64,000 nucleotides of DNA from Lytechinus pictus (Eukaryota): positions 33,170,001-33,234,000 of the forward strand of contig NC_087249.1 in assembly GCF_037042905.1 (NCBI RefSeq), given 5' to 3'. Within the stretch, counting starts at the first letter, position 1. Each line of letters opens with the position of its first letter. A program made the translations under genes and the position numbers. Below are positions 25,634-38,718 of this stretch, one piece after another. A model generated the notes under the pieces. That model was not told the DNA's origin and searched no databases. It was given only the letters and a program-made list of their open reading frames with translations.

Positions 25634-26358
25634 CTGAGGAATTAAGGTTAAAAACAAGGAGATTTTAAAATGTTGTGGAATATTCCATATGGGCATAAAA
25701 GTAGTAAAAAATCAGGATTTTTTTATATTCAGTCAGTACCCTTCATTCTGTACTTCCATTGACAAAAAATGTACATCTACAGCAACAGATGGGTATATGG
25801 AATTGATTTATAGCTCTGGTATCAATATGACCACAAAACAAATATATAGTAATAATTTCTACGGTCTGAAGGTTAGATTGGTAAAATCAGGGGGTTGGGA
25901 AAACACTTGAACATCAAAAGTTGCCCCAATACCAAGGTCCTATTCTATAAAAGAAGCAGAGTCTCCTCATAAAAAACTCATCACAAATAGACTTTACTCA
26001 ATCTATAAAAAGAGAACAATGGGGGAAGAATGTATGGGCTTGAAAAATTGGAACTATATTATTTTTTTGCATACTGTTTCACAAGGTGACAGAAGGAGGA
26101 TTAGGGCTTTGCAAAAAAAAAATAGTTGAACAGGATCATCTGACTCCTTGTTGCTTCATAAGCTAATTATTAAGCACATCCTGATCTTGGTTTTGTAGAA
26201 TTATCAATACAACACCTTACCCTTACATATTATACTTAGTACCTACTATTGTAAAAGGAATATAAAATTATCCAAACAAACTCTACAGGATACAGTTAAA
26301 AATGTCAAGAAGAGATCCCTTTTTTGGGGGAAAATTTGACATACTACTATCAAGTAGG

Positions 26359-27153
26359 AACAAGTGGAATGCCTCTGGCCGTCTCACCTGCATCACGCGA
26401 TTCAATATAGCAGCAGTGCTGATTTTGAAAACTACTATAACTCGCACAAGATGTTCAGTGATACTTGGTTACTCTTATTTCCACGTTTTATGAACTAGAC
26501 CAATACACTTATAGAGATATGATGGCAATTCAACAAATACCCCCAACGTGGCCAAAGTTCTTTGGCCTTACATGACCTTTGACCTTGATCATGTGACCTG
26601 AAACTCGCACAGGATGTTCAGTGATACTTGATTACTATTATGTCCAAGTTTCATGAATCAGATCCATTAACTTTCAAAGTTATGATGGTAATTCAACAGA
26701 TACCCCCAATTCGGCCAAAGTTCATTGACCCTAAATGACCTTTGACCTTGGTCATGTGATGTGAAACTCATGCAGGATGTTCAGTGATACTTGATTAACC
26801 TTATGTATAAGTTTCATGAACTAGGTCCATATATTTTCTAAGTTATGATGACATTTCAAAAACTTAACCTTAGGTTAAGATTTTGATGTTGATTCCCCCA
26901 ACATGGTCTAAGTTCATTGACCCTAAATGACCTTTGACCTTGGTCATGTGACATGAAACTCAGGCAGGATGTTCAGTAATACTTGATTAACCTTATGGCC
27001 AAGTTTCATGAACTAGGTCCATATACTTTCTAAGTTATGCTGTCATTTCAAAAACTTAACCTCAGGTTAAGATTTGGTGTTGACGCCGCCGTCGCCGTCG
27101 CCGTCGGAAAAGCGGCGCCTATAGTCTCACTCTGCTATGCAGGTGAGACAAAA
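26359..27153. mobile_element. Non-autonomous Helentron-type (HINE/DINE-1/pearl-like) element with internal tandem array
   Basis: Asymmetric subterminal IR GTCTCACCTGCAT (26381-26393) / ATGCAGGTGAGAC (27137-27149); terminal hairpin GTCTCAC..GTGAGAC; (GCCGTC)n microsatellite; tandem units spaced 163, 163 and 192 bp; A-rich ends. Confidence 0.82.
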
Positions 27154-27177
27154 TTACAAAGTAACTAAAGTTCTAAC

Positions 27178-28778
27178 CTATAGTGGGTGCTCCAGTGATT
27201 TTACCAACTGGTAATGCTCCTGGGCTACCAACTGATGCTAACTGAAGTCCAGCGGGACGGGGTAGGTTGTAGTTAGTCTTAGGTCCCGCCCTCCTAGGGG
27301 ATTCCCCATCATGAAGGGGACTTGATTTCCCTGATGAAGCCCCACTCTGAGGTGTGTCAGGGTCAGATAACGTGAAGTGGTTTTCATCAATATCTTCATC
27401 AAAGGAAAGTGGAGATGCTAAACTGGAAGTTCCGTTGGTGTGGAAAGATGTTGGGAACTCCCCGTTGTCCAGAAATCCATTATGATTATGGAGTACCGCA
27501 CCGTTCAAATCACCATTGTCATGTCCTGAATGATGATGCTCAAACGGATCATCAAAGAAGTATCCACCTCCACCCGTACTAGACATCCTCCTGTTCGGTG
27601 TTGCTTCAAGATCAGAGTCAAACTGCCAGAAGATACCAGGCTCTTCAAACTCAAACAAGGAGTCCTGTCGGCTATGAGATGTCGAGGAGAGTCTGCTTTC
27701 TTCAGACATCACATCACTACGGTCCAAAGCCATTTTCCGATACAAGGAATGTTTTGCATTACCACCACTACTTCTATCATCACTATCTCCTTGGCTTGAT
27801 TCCTCTTGACTCTCATTTGATTCATCTGCATCACTGGCTTTTAATTTATCCATGCTATCCACCAGCTCAACTATACTCAGATTCTCACCTTGGAAAATAT
27901 CCGCGAGTGACACATCATTATCAACCTCCTCCTTTTTTGCACTTTCATCTCCTATAGACATCTGTAGCACTTCTTGAATGGTGGAAGACAGTGTGCCTTC
28001 CAGTGCATTGTATTTATCGCTATCATGTGACCGGCTTAGAGGTTGTTCATTGGACGAGTCAAGCGTTCTCTTATTCTGATTCACATCAGAGGTTAATTCA
28101 TGGATGGGTGTAGATTCGTGACGGGGTGTGGTTTGCTGTGATCTGTTACCTATACTTGGTACGCTATTAAACCTAAATCGTTCACCTGGTCCTGGCGTCT
28201 CCACATCAGGGCTAAGGATCGTTGGTGCAGGGTTCAGGCCGTCGTAAGACGCTGACCATTGTTTGCAGGACTTACTGCATGCTATAATCGCGTGCCTTGC
28301 ATCAAGTAAATACTCTATATGGCTAGATTCAATATCACACACAGATTCCTCAGACGAAAGTCTGCTTGCTTGCGATAGCGTGTCACTGTCACTTGTCCTG
28401 CTTATATTGCTTGCAGCTGAGACTTCTGGAGTCTGTCTACCATGTCCGTTCTGTTGCATGGTATTGCTATCTATGCTGGTTGCATTGTTAAGGCTCTGAT
28501 TTGAACCAGTGATCATGACATGTTCCTTTGATGTCATCCTCACAGCATCCAGTGTTCCATTACTCTGAGTGTCCGCTACATCAGACATGTTACGGCTTCG
28601 AGATGACAGGTCTGTCTTGCTATCCCGGTGACCTTCCTTGTCTTTGGTCGGGTCCTTCAGTTGTTTGCAGCATACAGGACTAAGAGAGATGAACTTTTCA
28701 GCCCACTTGCCATAGAAATCAAGATCCTTGATGGCCCTTCGCTGGCTGGCCATGACATGGGTGCATGGCACCAGGTAC
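27178..28778 (-). CDS. FHIP1: FHIP1 giant coding exon (1601 nt), mostly Ser/acidic low-complexity linker
   Basis: Lies within ORF 27173..28837. Begins YLVPCTHVMASQRRAIKDLDFYGKWAEKFISLSPVCC and contains the YLLDARHAIIACSKSCKQWSASYDG block typical of FAM160A. Acceptor atgttcag, donor G|gttaga; phases fit. Confidence 0.94.
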
Positions 28779-29221
28779 CTGAACATAAGATAGGAGAGAC
28801 AGAAGAAATTTATTACCTCCTGATAAAACAACCTCAATCATAAAAATATAATGCTAAAATATATAAAATGCCTAAGCTATAAATATCAAATAACTGACAT
28901 ATGGATAAGATCAACACTAAATTGAAAAAAAATCATGATCCATCCAATTGCATGAAACCGAATCTAAATCTTACAGAACATTATAACCTCTCTGGAACAA
29001 GAAGACCTATGGATGATTACATAAAAGGGTCTTGGACTGTCTTTCGTGTCGCTGATTAACTATGAATTGTCTGCAAACATATGTTGAAATTAACATAACC
29101 AAATGTTTATAAATGATGAAATATTTCATTCAGTTCTATAAAGTGGTGTCCTTTCCTAATCCATGCTCCAGAACTAGAAACATCTGAGGATTTTGTAACC
29201 CAGCAGCAATAACCGACTTAC

Positions 29222-29301
29222 TTGAGAATCAGTTCCACCATAACATCCTCACAGTTGACATCTAGTAGAGTGTTGAATAGAGACAATGTCACCACACAAA
29301 G
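29222..29301 (-). CDS. FHIP1: FHIP1 coding exon
   Basis: LCVVTLSLFNTLLDVNCEDVMVELILK. Acceptor ttgtttcag, donor AA|gtaagt; phase 2 joins the G of the next exon. Confidence 0.94.
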
Positions 29302-29787
29302 CTGAAACAATTATTAAGAAATAATAAATAAAAAAATTATTAGTACTTGCAATGGACTGTAAGTTTGAGTTAAGAAGTTTACTTCCACTAAATTACCCCT
29401 TTGCCAAAATTGTAAAAACAATGTCAATATATTTGTCCTATCAAAATAATCTGGTATCAAACAAAAGAACTTGATCAAAATACACAGTGTATAAAACTCT
29501 GATTAGAGAACATCACTACTTGTTTCACAAAATGCTCCCTTTTATCAAGAGTGTGAAAACCGAAAAGGGGGGTTTGAAACAGTCATTGGATATCTTGATA
29601 CAGACATGATCAATTGAACTACAGTATATTTGCCACACTCACATACTCAGACATTGAATACCCCTTGCCTCACAACCCATTCCCCTGCAACCCATACCTG
29701 TTGCCATTCTGGTGAATGTTACATTTTGTTTTGTAATAATTATTTAATGACTAGTACGTAGTAATAATTTGAGAAATCAAATATCAC

Positions 29788-29955
29788 CTTTGAGTTAGTT
29801 CCTATCCTGCGGATTAGAGACTCCATGATGGTTGTATTGTCATACCAGCCAAGGCACAGATACCTGAGAAACGCCCTCATGAGGCGAGGATCGGATATGG
29901 ACCGTAGGAAGATCTCAACGTATGCTGTAGCAGACACAATCTCCTCATTCAGATT
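29788..29955 (-). CDS. FHIP1: FHIP1 coding exon
   Basis: NLNEEIVSATAYVEIFLRSISDPRLMRAFLRYLCLGWYDNTTIMESLIRRIGTNSK. Acceptor aaacag, donor AAG|gtgata; 168 nt. Confidence 0.93.
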
Positions 29956-31783
29956 CTGTTTATTGTTCAAGGAAATTTGGAAGATAGACATAATCACTGT
30001 GAGTTAAAATGTGCTTTTAAAAATATACTTGGATGTTCAACAACCTTCCTACAAAAAAAAGAAATGTTGTCCATATTTTGGTCCAATAAAAAATATGCAT
30101 CTACTATTTGACTTTGATACATGATTTTGGAACTTTATAAAAGGTTGACTTACATGTACATGTATACAGACTATACTGTATGTTTATACAAACATTCGGT
30201 CTAAACAATAAAAAATATGTTTACATACACTTGAAGACACAATTTAAATCAAAATCTATATATTTTCAGTAATGAAAAAAAAAGGAAAAATACAAAATTG
30301 CTTTGATATTTAAAGCAAATGTAGTATGAATAAATTCAAACTCCAAATAAATGAAATCTAACATTCTATGAGAAAAGTTGAAATAACTGTCAAACATGAA
30401 AAAGAAAACACAAAAAAACTATATGTATAAATTGTCTATAAAAAAAATATCTTTTTCATGCATGCACAGTCAACACAAACAAAATTCTATATAATTATAA
30501 AAGACTAAAAAATATTTGCAAGAATGGAAAAAGATGCATGCTAAAAAGTAAAAACTACTATAGAACTGCCATACTTCTGAAACTTATTCACAGGAGAAAT
30601 CTGTTACAAAATTCTAATCAGTACATGTCTATAATTTACATGTCTTCTTTTATATATAACATGATAAATATGGAATTACATCAAATTGCATTTCTAATAT
30701 TCTGTATATACCCTCATCACTCTTTCTCTCTCTTTCTCTTTTTTGATATTGTATTCTGCTTTTGAAACCATTTGGTATGTATTCTCTTTCATATTTCTTC
30801 CTTGTTTTGAATTGGTATACGTGTAGTTACAATGCCAGAGGCAATTAGGATAATTCAGATCATTCAAAACCAGTTGGTATGTTTTCTCTCAATCCTTTCT
30901 TCCTTGTTTTGATTCAGTACTTTATGAACAAATTGGCAATTCAGACCATTAATATTAAGTTTACTTTTACTTTTCCCTCATTCCTTTTGAATAGTTGAAA
31001 TTGCATAGTAAATATATGCTATTATTAATTCAGAATGAAGACACTGGTAAAACCCAAACACTTTCAATGAAAAAAAAACTGATTTCAATGAAAATGCAAT
31101 TTTTGAAGTCAGTGCCCCTGCATTCATCGAAGTGAAGAATGATGCTCCGTCGTCGAAGATAGTACCATGAATGCATTATCTCATAAATGTGGTCAATTAC
31201 CAGGGAAACAAATAAATTAGAGGCAATTTTGTTCCAGGATGTCAAAGTCTCATGGCTGCGTTTGATAGTACGATAAAAAACATGTGAGGAATTCAACGTA
31301 GTGTGTTATGATTATGAAGCAAGATGCAAAAAGTGACATGCATTTATGCAGGAAAAAAGATATGAAATGAGGCAACATGCTTCATGCAAGTAAATCAAAT
31401 CAATTTTGTTGATAATCTGACTATTTCATATTTTATTTTAATAGCTCAATTCACTTTCAAGATAACCTGTAACTGTACTTTTATATCTCTTCAATAAAAA
31501 AAATAATGATGATACGCATCAATCAATCAAAATCTCACATTATATGTATTCTTCATGCAAACACTGCAGTCAGAAAGGGAGGTAAAACGAATATTTATAA
31601 TTTGCTCATTGATAAATCATGTCAATTCAAAGAAGTTTCAATACATGCAATAATTCAAAATTGCAGATTAAATTAGAAAATGGAACAAACCAAAATAAAT
31701 TGCAAGTTGGAAACTTAAAATGGTATCACTGGATACCCAATGACTGGAAGTATGGCTATTAATATCACTACATCAACACCTAC

Positions 31784-31822
31784 CAAATCTGAAGTATTCC
31801 GCATGATGTCAGCATGTGAAAA
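31784..31822 (-). CDS. FHIP1: Candidate 39-nt in-frame cassette exon of FHIP1 (FSHADIMRNTSDL)
   Basis: Strong acceptor cattttctctccaaacag and donor TTG|gtaggt; 13 sense codons in phase 0/0 inside a phase-0 intron. No homology or transcript support available. Confidence 0.55.
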
Positions 31823-32789
31823 CTGTTTGGAGAGAAAATGTGTGATGGAATGAATGGCAAAGAATGACATATAAAACAAGGTGAAATTGGACACGAAGAA
31901 TAAAGATTGGAGAGAACAAAATGAGTGCAGCTCAAACATTTACTGAACATTGAATGTAAAAAAATAGATGTAAATGATGTGACCTTTGAACATCTGATTG
32001 TGATTTTGTAAATGACAGACTGTATTGTTCAAAGAGAATTTGAACTTCTAGAGTTCCATTATTTCAGCAAGCTTTTGTAAAGCGACATTAGACTGAATCC
32101 AAATTGGCATTTAAAACTCAATGCATGACTTAAAAAAAAATAGAAATCCCACTAGTGAAACAACCTCATACTGATTAATGTACTAAACTTGGTAAAATCC
32201 CCAAATAAAATTGATTCAATGAACATGTGCCTTTTCACAAAGAGAAGTCTTCATATATGAAAAATTGCTTCGAAAGTGCATTCTGGATTGGTTGGGAAAA
32301 TTGTGGTTAAAAGGTGAATTTGCTTTATACGGTAAATGGGCAGCATTTCTCTATTCATAAATAACTTGATGAATTGTGTATCAAAAAATGGGATTGAACA
32401 GTTTTAATACAAGGGGACTTTTAAAATAGACAATGTATATTTTCATGAAAAATCATTTTTTAGGCTCATTTTGAATTTAAAATGGAAATGAACTTTAAGA
32501 AAAATTATTTTCAGACTTTATAGTTAATTGACAAAATGGAAATAAAGGCCTTTTATAAGGGAATTGTGGCTGATTCATGTAGACAAGCAATAAACTGATT
32601 TCTGAATCCATGTTTTCTCATACCTACTCCATCCTCCTATTGTACTGTGAACCTCAAAATTCATGAATAATTAATGAGTTAACTAAACTTCAAATGGTTA
32701 TACATGTAAGTAATAACCACTTTCTTGAATTAATCTCATTTCAGGAATTCGTCATTTACCTCAAGAGATAATCATGGAATGTGACATAT

Positions 32790-34058
32790 ATCATGATTCA
32801 TGAAAAAATGGATTCCAAAAGAATTTGATCAAAATTTACAGGGGCACTGCATTTATTCCACTCAGTCAAAATGAAAAGTATTTTTATTTTTTTTACACAG
32901 GCTAGCTTCAATAATCTTTACCACACACATCAATATAATTAAGAGATTGGTTCAATCGCAGAGAGGTTATAGCCCCTCACATCAATTGGATTCAGAATCC
33001 AAAGTCACAAAATGGCAAAAGAAAGACGAATTAAAATGAGACGGGACTACAAAAAATACAAATTTATTACACATGTCCTTCACGGGCATGTTTAATAACT
33101 GGCTCAATCAAAAAGAAGCTACAGGAAATTAACTTCAAAATTCTAATGACTGGACCAATCACACAGCCAAACACAACCCTCCCCGCCACCCTGGGATGTC
33201 CCGGTAAGCGGGGGATAATCTGACCACGGTGTGTGTCTGTGTGTATCTCACTCAGCTGCACACAGATAACACCACGTTCAGATTATCCCCACTTAACGGG
33301 ATATCACCCCGGGATCAGTGTCTGGTTATGTGATTGCTCCTGTTGTTTTAATACTTTGATTTCTTTGTGATCAAGCCAATCACTATAGGCGGTGCTGCAC
33401 CATCCCGAGTTTGCTCAATCTCGAGATTTTAGCCCGATCGGCCCTCTTCGGGATTAATCTCGAGATTCAAGAAACCCCATCTCCACCATCGCAAGAAGAG
33501 CGATTCCTGCTCGAGCGAGGCATCGATGCATTATGGTCTGACGCCGTGAATAAATAATCCCGAGTGCGTCTGCACATACGAATTAGCGCGATAATTCGTA
33601 AAATAGCGCGCTATTTTGCAAATAATCCCAAGTTGACTTAGGATTGCAATCTCGAGATTAATCCTACGAACTAGCGCGATAATTGCGTCTCCATTGCAAA
33701 TAATCTCGAGATTGTTCAGATCGGGATAATTTGTCGGATCAGAAATAGCGCGCTAATTTGAAAACTTGGGATTGTGCAGACGGCCCTTATGAAATGGGAA
33801 GTTTGTAAAATTCCATCTCATTTTCATTGGTCTTTCATTTGCCATTTTGTGACTTTGGATTCTGAAACAAATTGATGTGAGGAGCTGTAGCCTCTCTGTG
33901 ATTGAACCAATCTCTTAATTATTGATGTGTGCTTTGTAAACATTATTGAAGCTAGCCTGAGTGTGTAAAATATTGTTCATTTTGACTGTGGAATTTTTAC
34001 AGTACCTTTGTAAAGTTTGATAACTTTCTTTTGAAACCCAGTTTACAAATACATGACT
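32790..34058. repeat. Long imperfect palindrome (foldback element) centred near 33248
   Basis: Arm 32790-33050 is the reverse complement of ~33800-34058 (e.g. TCAGAATCCAAAGTCACAAAATGGCAAA / TTTGCCATTTTGTGACTTTGGATTCTGA). The inner arms 33100-33243 and 33259-33378 also pair. Confidence 0.85.
33388..33786. mobile_element. CpG-rich Harbinger-like MITE inserted in a foldback element
   Basis: Imperfect TIR GGCGGTGCTGCACCATCCCGAGTTT / AAACTTGGGATTGTGCAGACGGCCC; internal repeats of AATCTCGAGATT and TAGCGCG. Confidence 0.75.
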
Positions 34059-37000
34059 ACATTGACAAGCATATATTTATGTACAATACATGTGTACAGG
34101 AAAAGTGAAAGGTCATGGAAAATTTGTCAAAAGAAAATGAGCTTTTCAAATTTAATTGAAATGAATCATGACACTTAACAAATTATTCACTCTTTTTTTT
34201 AGGGGAAGGGTTCAATGATGGACATTAAAGACCTTTTATCTTTTGGCAGGAGCAGAAAAGTCAAAGTGTAACTCTTGTTTTTCTGTTCACAATTTGAGGA
34301 AGACAGGGTCGTTCACTCAGATTATTAGTTCTAAATAGGGCTCACATCAACACAGAAAGGAAATTGATGAAGACAACATTTTAAAAAGCAACTAAGATAT
34401 AATATAACATTTATAGAGACTAGGTATTTGGTAAGTAGTTAGTTCCTCATTTTACCAACAACTTGGCACCACAATCAGATTGGATAGATGTTATAATCAA
34501 ACAATAGTGTTATACAAAATAAAATATATTCATTAATGTTAAGTTAGTACATGTAGCTGCTTATACACACTGGTATATTAATTCCAATTTTATATTCAAG
34601 AAAATGTCTATTAAAGTTAATATACTGCAAATGATAAATATTTTACCCAACTGTTAAAAAAAGTGCATGTCACCGATTAGAATATGTGCTAACAGTGAAT
34701 GTGTTTGACAGCTTTGTTACATTGAGTGAGAAATGTTAGAATTATTGAGCATGCATGTGATAGGCAAATTTCATGATTATAGATCTGGAACATAAAGACA
34801 AAACATTGATCTTAGAGAAGATTAAACATGAGCATGAAGAAAGAGAAATCATGAAATATAAATGTGCAGATCTAACCAAGCTGCGTAGCTGGTTCCATTT
34901 TATTGATGAAAATTTATTTCTCAGAAATTTAGAATACATATGAAAGTGAAAGTAAGCTTCAAGTGCTATGGAGTCTGGACAAGAGGTGTGCAGCAGATGA
35001 GGAAGTGATCTTAATGCATTCTCTTGAATACAGACAACTACTCTGTATTTAGGACTACTAGTACCTTTTTACCTTTTATTTAAGACAGACTATTTTTATC
35101 ATATGAAATTATGAAATACTTCCATGATATACAAAATACATGCACATGTATACAAATGGTATATTCTACTACCAGTACAATAACAAAACAGTGTTAGTTT
35201 TTACCATAATGGATATATTTGATTATAATAACCAGCAATATTCCAGAGGTCAATTTGAGCATAATAAATACCCCCCAAAAATCACAATTTATGACCCATT
35301 TGATTGACAGGGAAGCTCACATCTATATACGGCCTATGTACAGTGTATACTTTACTTTAACAAATAATTCTGAAATGTACAACTTACAACTGAATAGCCA
35401 CATACATATGTACACTTGTTCTGTTTTAATCTTCATGTATTGTTTTAAAACAAGATTCAGTTTGATAACTTTTATAGATGTTGTAAAACCTACATGTACA
35501 CATAGATAGATTCTTGATGATATCCTATACCCAATCTAGAGCACAGTGTCAATAGTGCCCTTGAACTGTTTACATAAACCACTGTGCTGGGAAACAACAG
35601 AGTCATATCAAGTGCAGGCCTACATGCATGGCATGCATGCAATGATAGTATGATTCCCACTTTAAGTTCACTCATAAACTTTACACTTCTGAGCCCTGTT
35701 TGACCAGAGATTGTAGGCAATGATGAGCTGTCATTCACCGACAGTATTTATAATCAGGTAGGCTACTAGGAGGGGTTGTTTTATTAAAGAAAAGCATCCA
35801 TTTCACTGAATTTTTGGTGAATGAAATTATTCAGGGAGTTCCTCCACACGCTCTTTAAAAAGTAAGCCCTTGAAGGAATGCCACTACTACTACATGTACC
35901 TGCCATATAGCTATAAAGAGGGGCGGAGTCAGGTCAGTGGTAGGGCAAGGAAACACCCCTCTACTGGGATGACAGGGTGCGATGTCAGTATGATCTATCA
36001 CCATCTGTCAGTATGCGAGTCTCCATCATATCCAATTTGTCTCCAGGCAAACTTGTGAATCACCACAAAGTTGTCAAATCTCAAGTTTGTACCATTTGTG
36101 TCTTTTGCACTTCAATAAAAACATGCTTTCAAGAAAAGTTTGGGTATGCTCTGTATACCATTTACACAGGTCAACATGTACATTAGATGACCACTATTAA
36201 TTCAAGACAAAGGACTGTCAAAAATTAATATTGCCTATTCCTGGCAAAAGTGTTTTTACGGATGCATGTATCAGATCACCGTCAGGCAGGCTTTTTCTTA
36301 CCCTTTCCTGGGAACTATTATATCAAGAAATCATGTCCCTTTATTTGTCAATTATTTTAGTACAATTTATCAAATATCAATTTTTTGTTTTGTTATTGTA
36401 TCAAGAAAATGTATTCAATTTTATAATAATGAACAATGAAGAAATTGCAGAAAAAAATAAACAGGCTTGTACGTAGGCCTACAGAATCCAGTCTCTATTC
36501 TAGCAGTGATCAGCCTTCACATTTTGTAGTACAAGATCCTGCCAATGTATGACTCAAGTTTAACTTATATTTGCCTAGGGAGTATACTGGAATAACAGCA
36601 GAAACATTTATAGAGATGCACATAGTTCTGTACTCAGCGCTGAGCCGTATGTTTTGATAGCACTGGAACTGCCATTTTGCATAAAATTTGTATTGCTAAT
36701 GGTATTAAAAAAATAACATGTAGGTGGGCGCACTGGCCCACTGTGCACCAAACATGTATCATACAGAAAGCAATAAGAAATTTAAAGTTGGTACATTCCT
36801 TGTACATGTACATATAGGGCTACAAAGTAACTTGATTTCAGTAAAATCCTCGAGCTAAAAACCATAGGAAAGAAAACCTCCAGTTACACATTGAGAAAAT
36901 TGCAAATTAAGTCATCCAAAATCAATCCATCCATTGTAAAATGATCTTCTTTGAATGCATACAGTACATGTGTGATTTAAGGTGAACAAATAAATCGAGT

Positions 37001-37824
37001 AGTGAAATATGATTATTTTTCAATTTATAGTTCACTGTACTTTTAATATAGGATGGACATGTACAGTACTATCATGTTCATTTTGTGCCATAAAATGAAA
37101 TGCAAACTCGCATTTCACCAGAGTGTAGCATAAAATGACACTGTACATTTTACAGTAGATGTAGACGCATGGATTGAAATGGCCATTGACAAAATCAGGA
37201 GAAAAACTTCACTGGGAGTCTCTTGCCAACATTATGCATACAAGTACTATTGGTATTCTTTGTTATTCATTCATCTATAAGTTTTGATGCAAGTCTGTAT
37301 CAACATTCATGTACATGTAGAATCCAACAGGGAGAAGTTCCCCAAGGAATAATTACGTTGAGCTCATGCTGTGTGTTAAACCGCAATGATCAAACCGAGC
37401 TGCATGGTGAAAGCGAAAAGGTTGAATTTCTGCAAGGAAATGGATAAAATCCCTTCTGGCTCTAAATGAATGATACAAGATGGGAAGTGTAATGTCGGAT
37501 CCTTTCAGTGTATATTCCTTACATTATTATGACCAGGAACCTTCCGTTCAAAACATTAGTGGAATGTGGATATAGCTTTGCACATCCTGATCAAAATACA
37601 AACGATAACAAGGTAAAGTTTGGGGTGCTTTCCTGATTCCAAACCACTACTCGACCCACATGATCTACATGTACTACATTACATGTTCCATCTTTTAAAG
37701 GGAAAATCAACTATACCATGAAATAATAATTTGATTTTTGTGTGTACTTGTTGAATTATAATTTTTGCGATCAGCATCTGTTTGGCATCAGATGCACGGT
37801 TAATACCTATTAGGCTGATGCTAG

Positions 37825-38396
37825 CCCAGGGGGGGGGGGCCACTTCCATTCACGAGTGGATACCATGCGCGACCAGGAGATCTCAAAAAGCACCCTAAAC
37901 ACGTATTTTCCATATTCTGAAATTGCACCCCTTAAACAAGTATTGGCGTGTGAAACCCTACCCTTAACAAGTATTGGAAACAAAACGATACTATTGGCAA
38001 GTATTCCCTGAATTGAACCCCTAAACAAGTACAGCGGTATGTCACGGACGTCGGTCATCGGTTTTACCTTTACCTACATGTACATCATTGGGTTTAGAAC
38101 AGCCCAACTCGCGCAAATCATACTCTAAACACGTAGTGTTGACTCCTGGAGCAAAAAGTACACCCTTTATAAAACATTTTAGTCTTGATTTTTATACCCT
38201 TGCAAGTTTGGCCCTAAACACGTAGCTTTCCTAGCGAAAAAGATACCCTTTTTTCATTACTTTAGTGTTTTTGACACCCTTATTACGTTACGTACGTAAC
38301 GTACCCTATCTTGAAAAAGACATCCTTTTTAGTGTTTTTTTGGTCGCGCATGGTATCCACTCGTCAATGTAAGTGCCCCCCCCCCCCCCCCCCCCG
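37825..38396 (-). mobile_element. Family F copy 2 (reverse orientation)
   Basis: Reverse complement of 7748-8314; TSD GATGCTAG/GATGCTAT (7 of 8 match). Confidence 0.9.
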
Positions 38397-38718
38397 GATG
38401 CTATCCAATTATAAACTTGAGAATTAAAGCGCGCATCAGCATTATACATTTTTTTATATACATGTACGCGGTATTAAAATAAGAGTAATTCATACAGGAA
38501 TCTGCATAAACCATGGACTTGATCAACCATGGCTTTTCAAAACCACCTTTGTGAATTTGGGCCATAGTGTTTGAAACAAGAGGCTAAAACTAGGCAGGCT
38601 GCCAGGCTCCATGACAAACAAGGATTTGCCTATTGATGGAAGACAGCGTTAAAACTTTTTTTTTTTAAAGCTGACCTACATGTATAACTTGTATTTTTTA
38701 AATCTTGAGCCTGACTAA

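Noticed and set aside
27530-28843. Plus-strand ORFs overlapping the large FHIP1 exon
   Set aside because: They are antisense shadows of the real coding exon.
31100-31180. Protein-like stretch HGTIFDDGASFFTSMNAG on the minus strand as an extra FHIP1 exon
   Set aside because: There is an in-frame stop immediately upstream, no AG acceptor in between, and no good donor.
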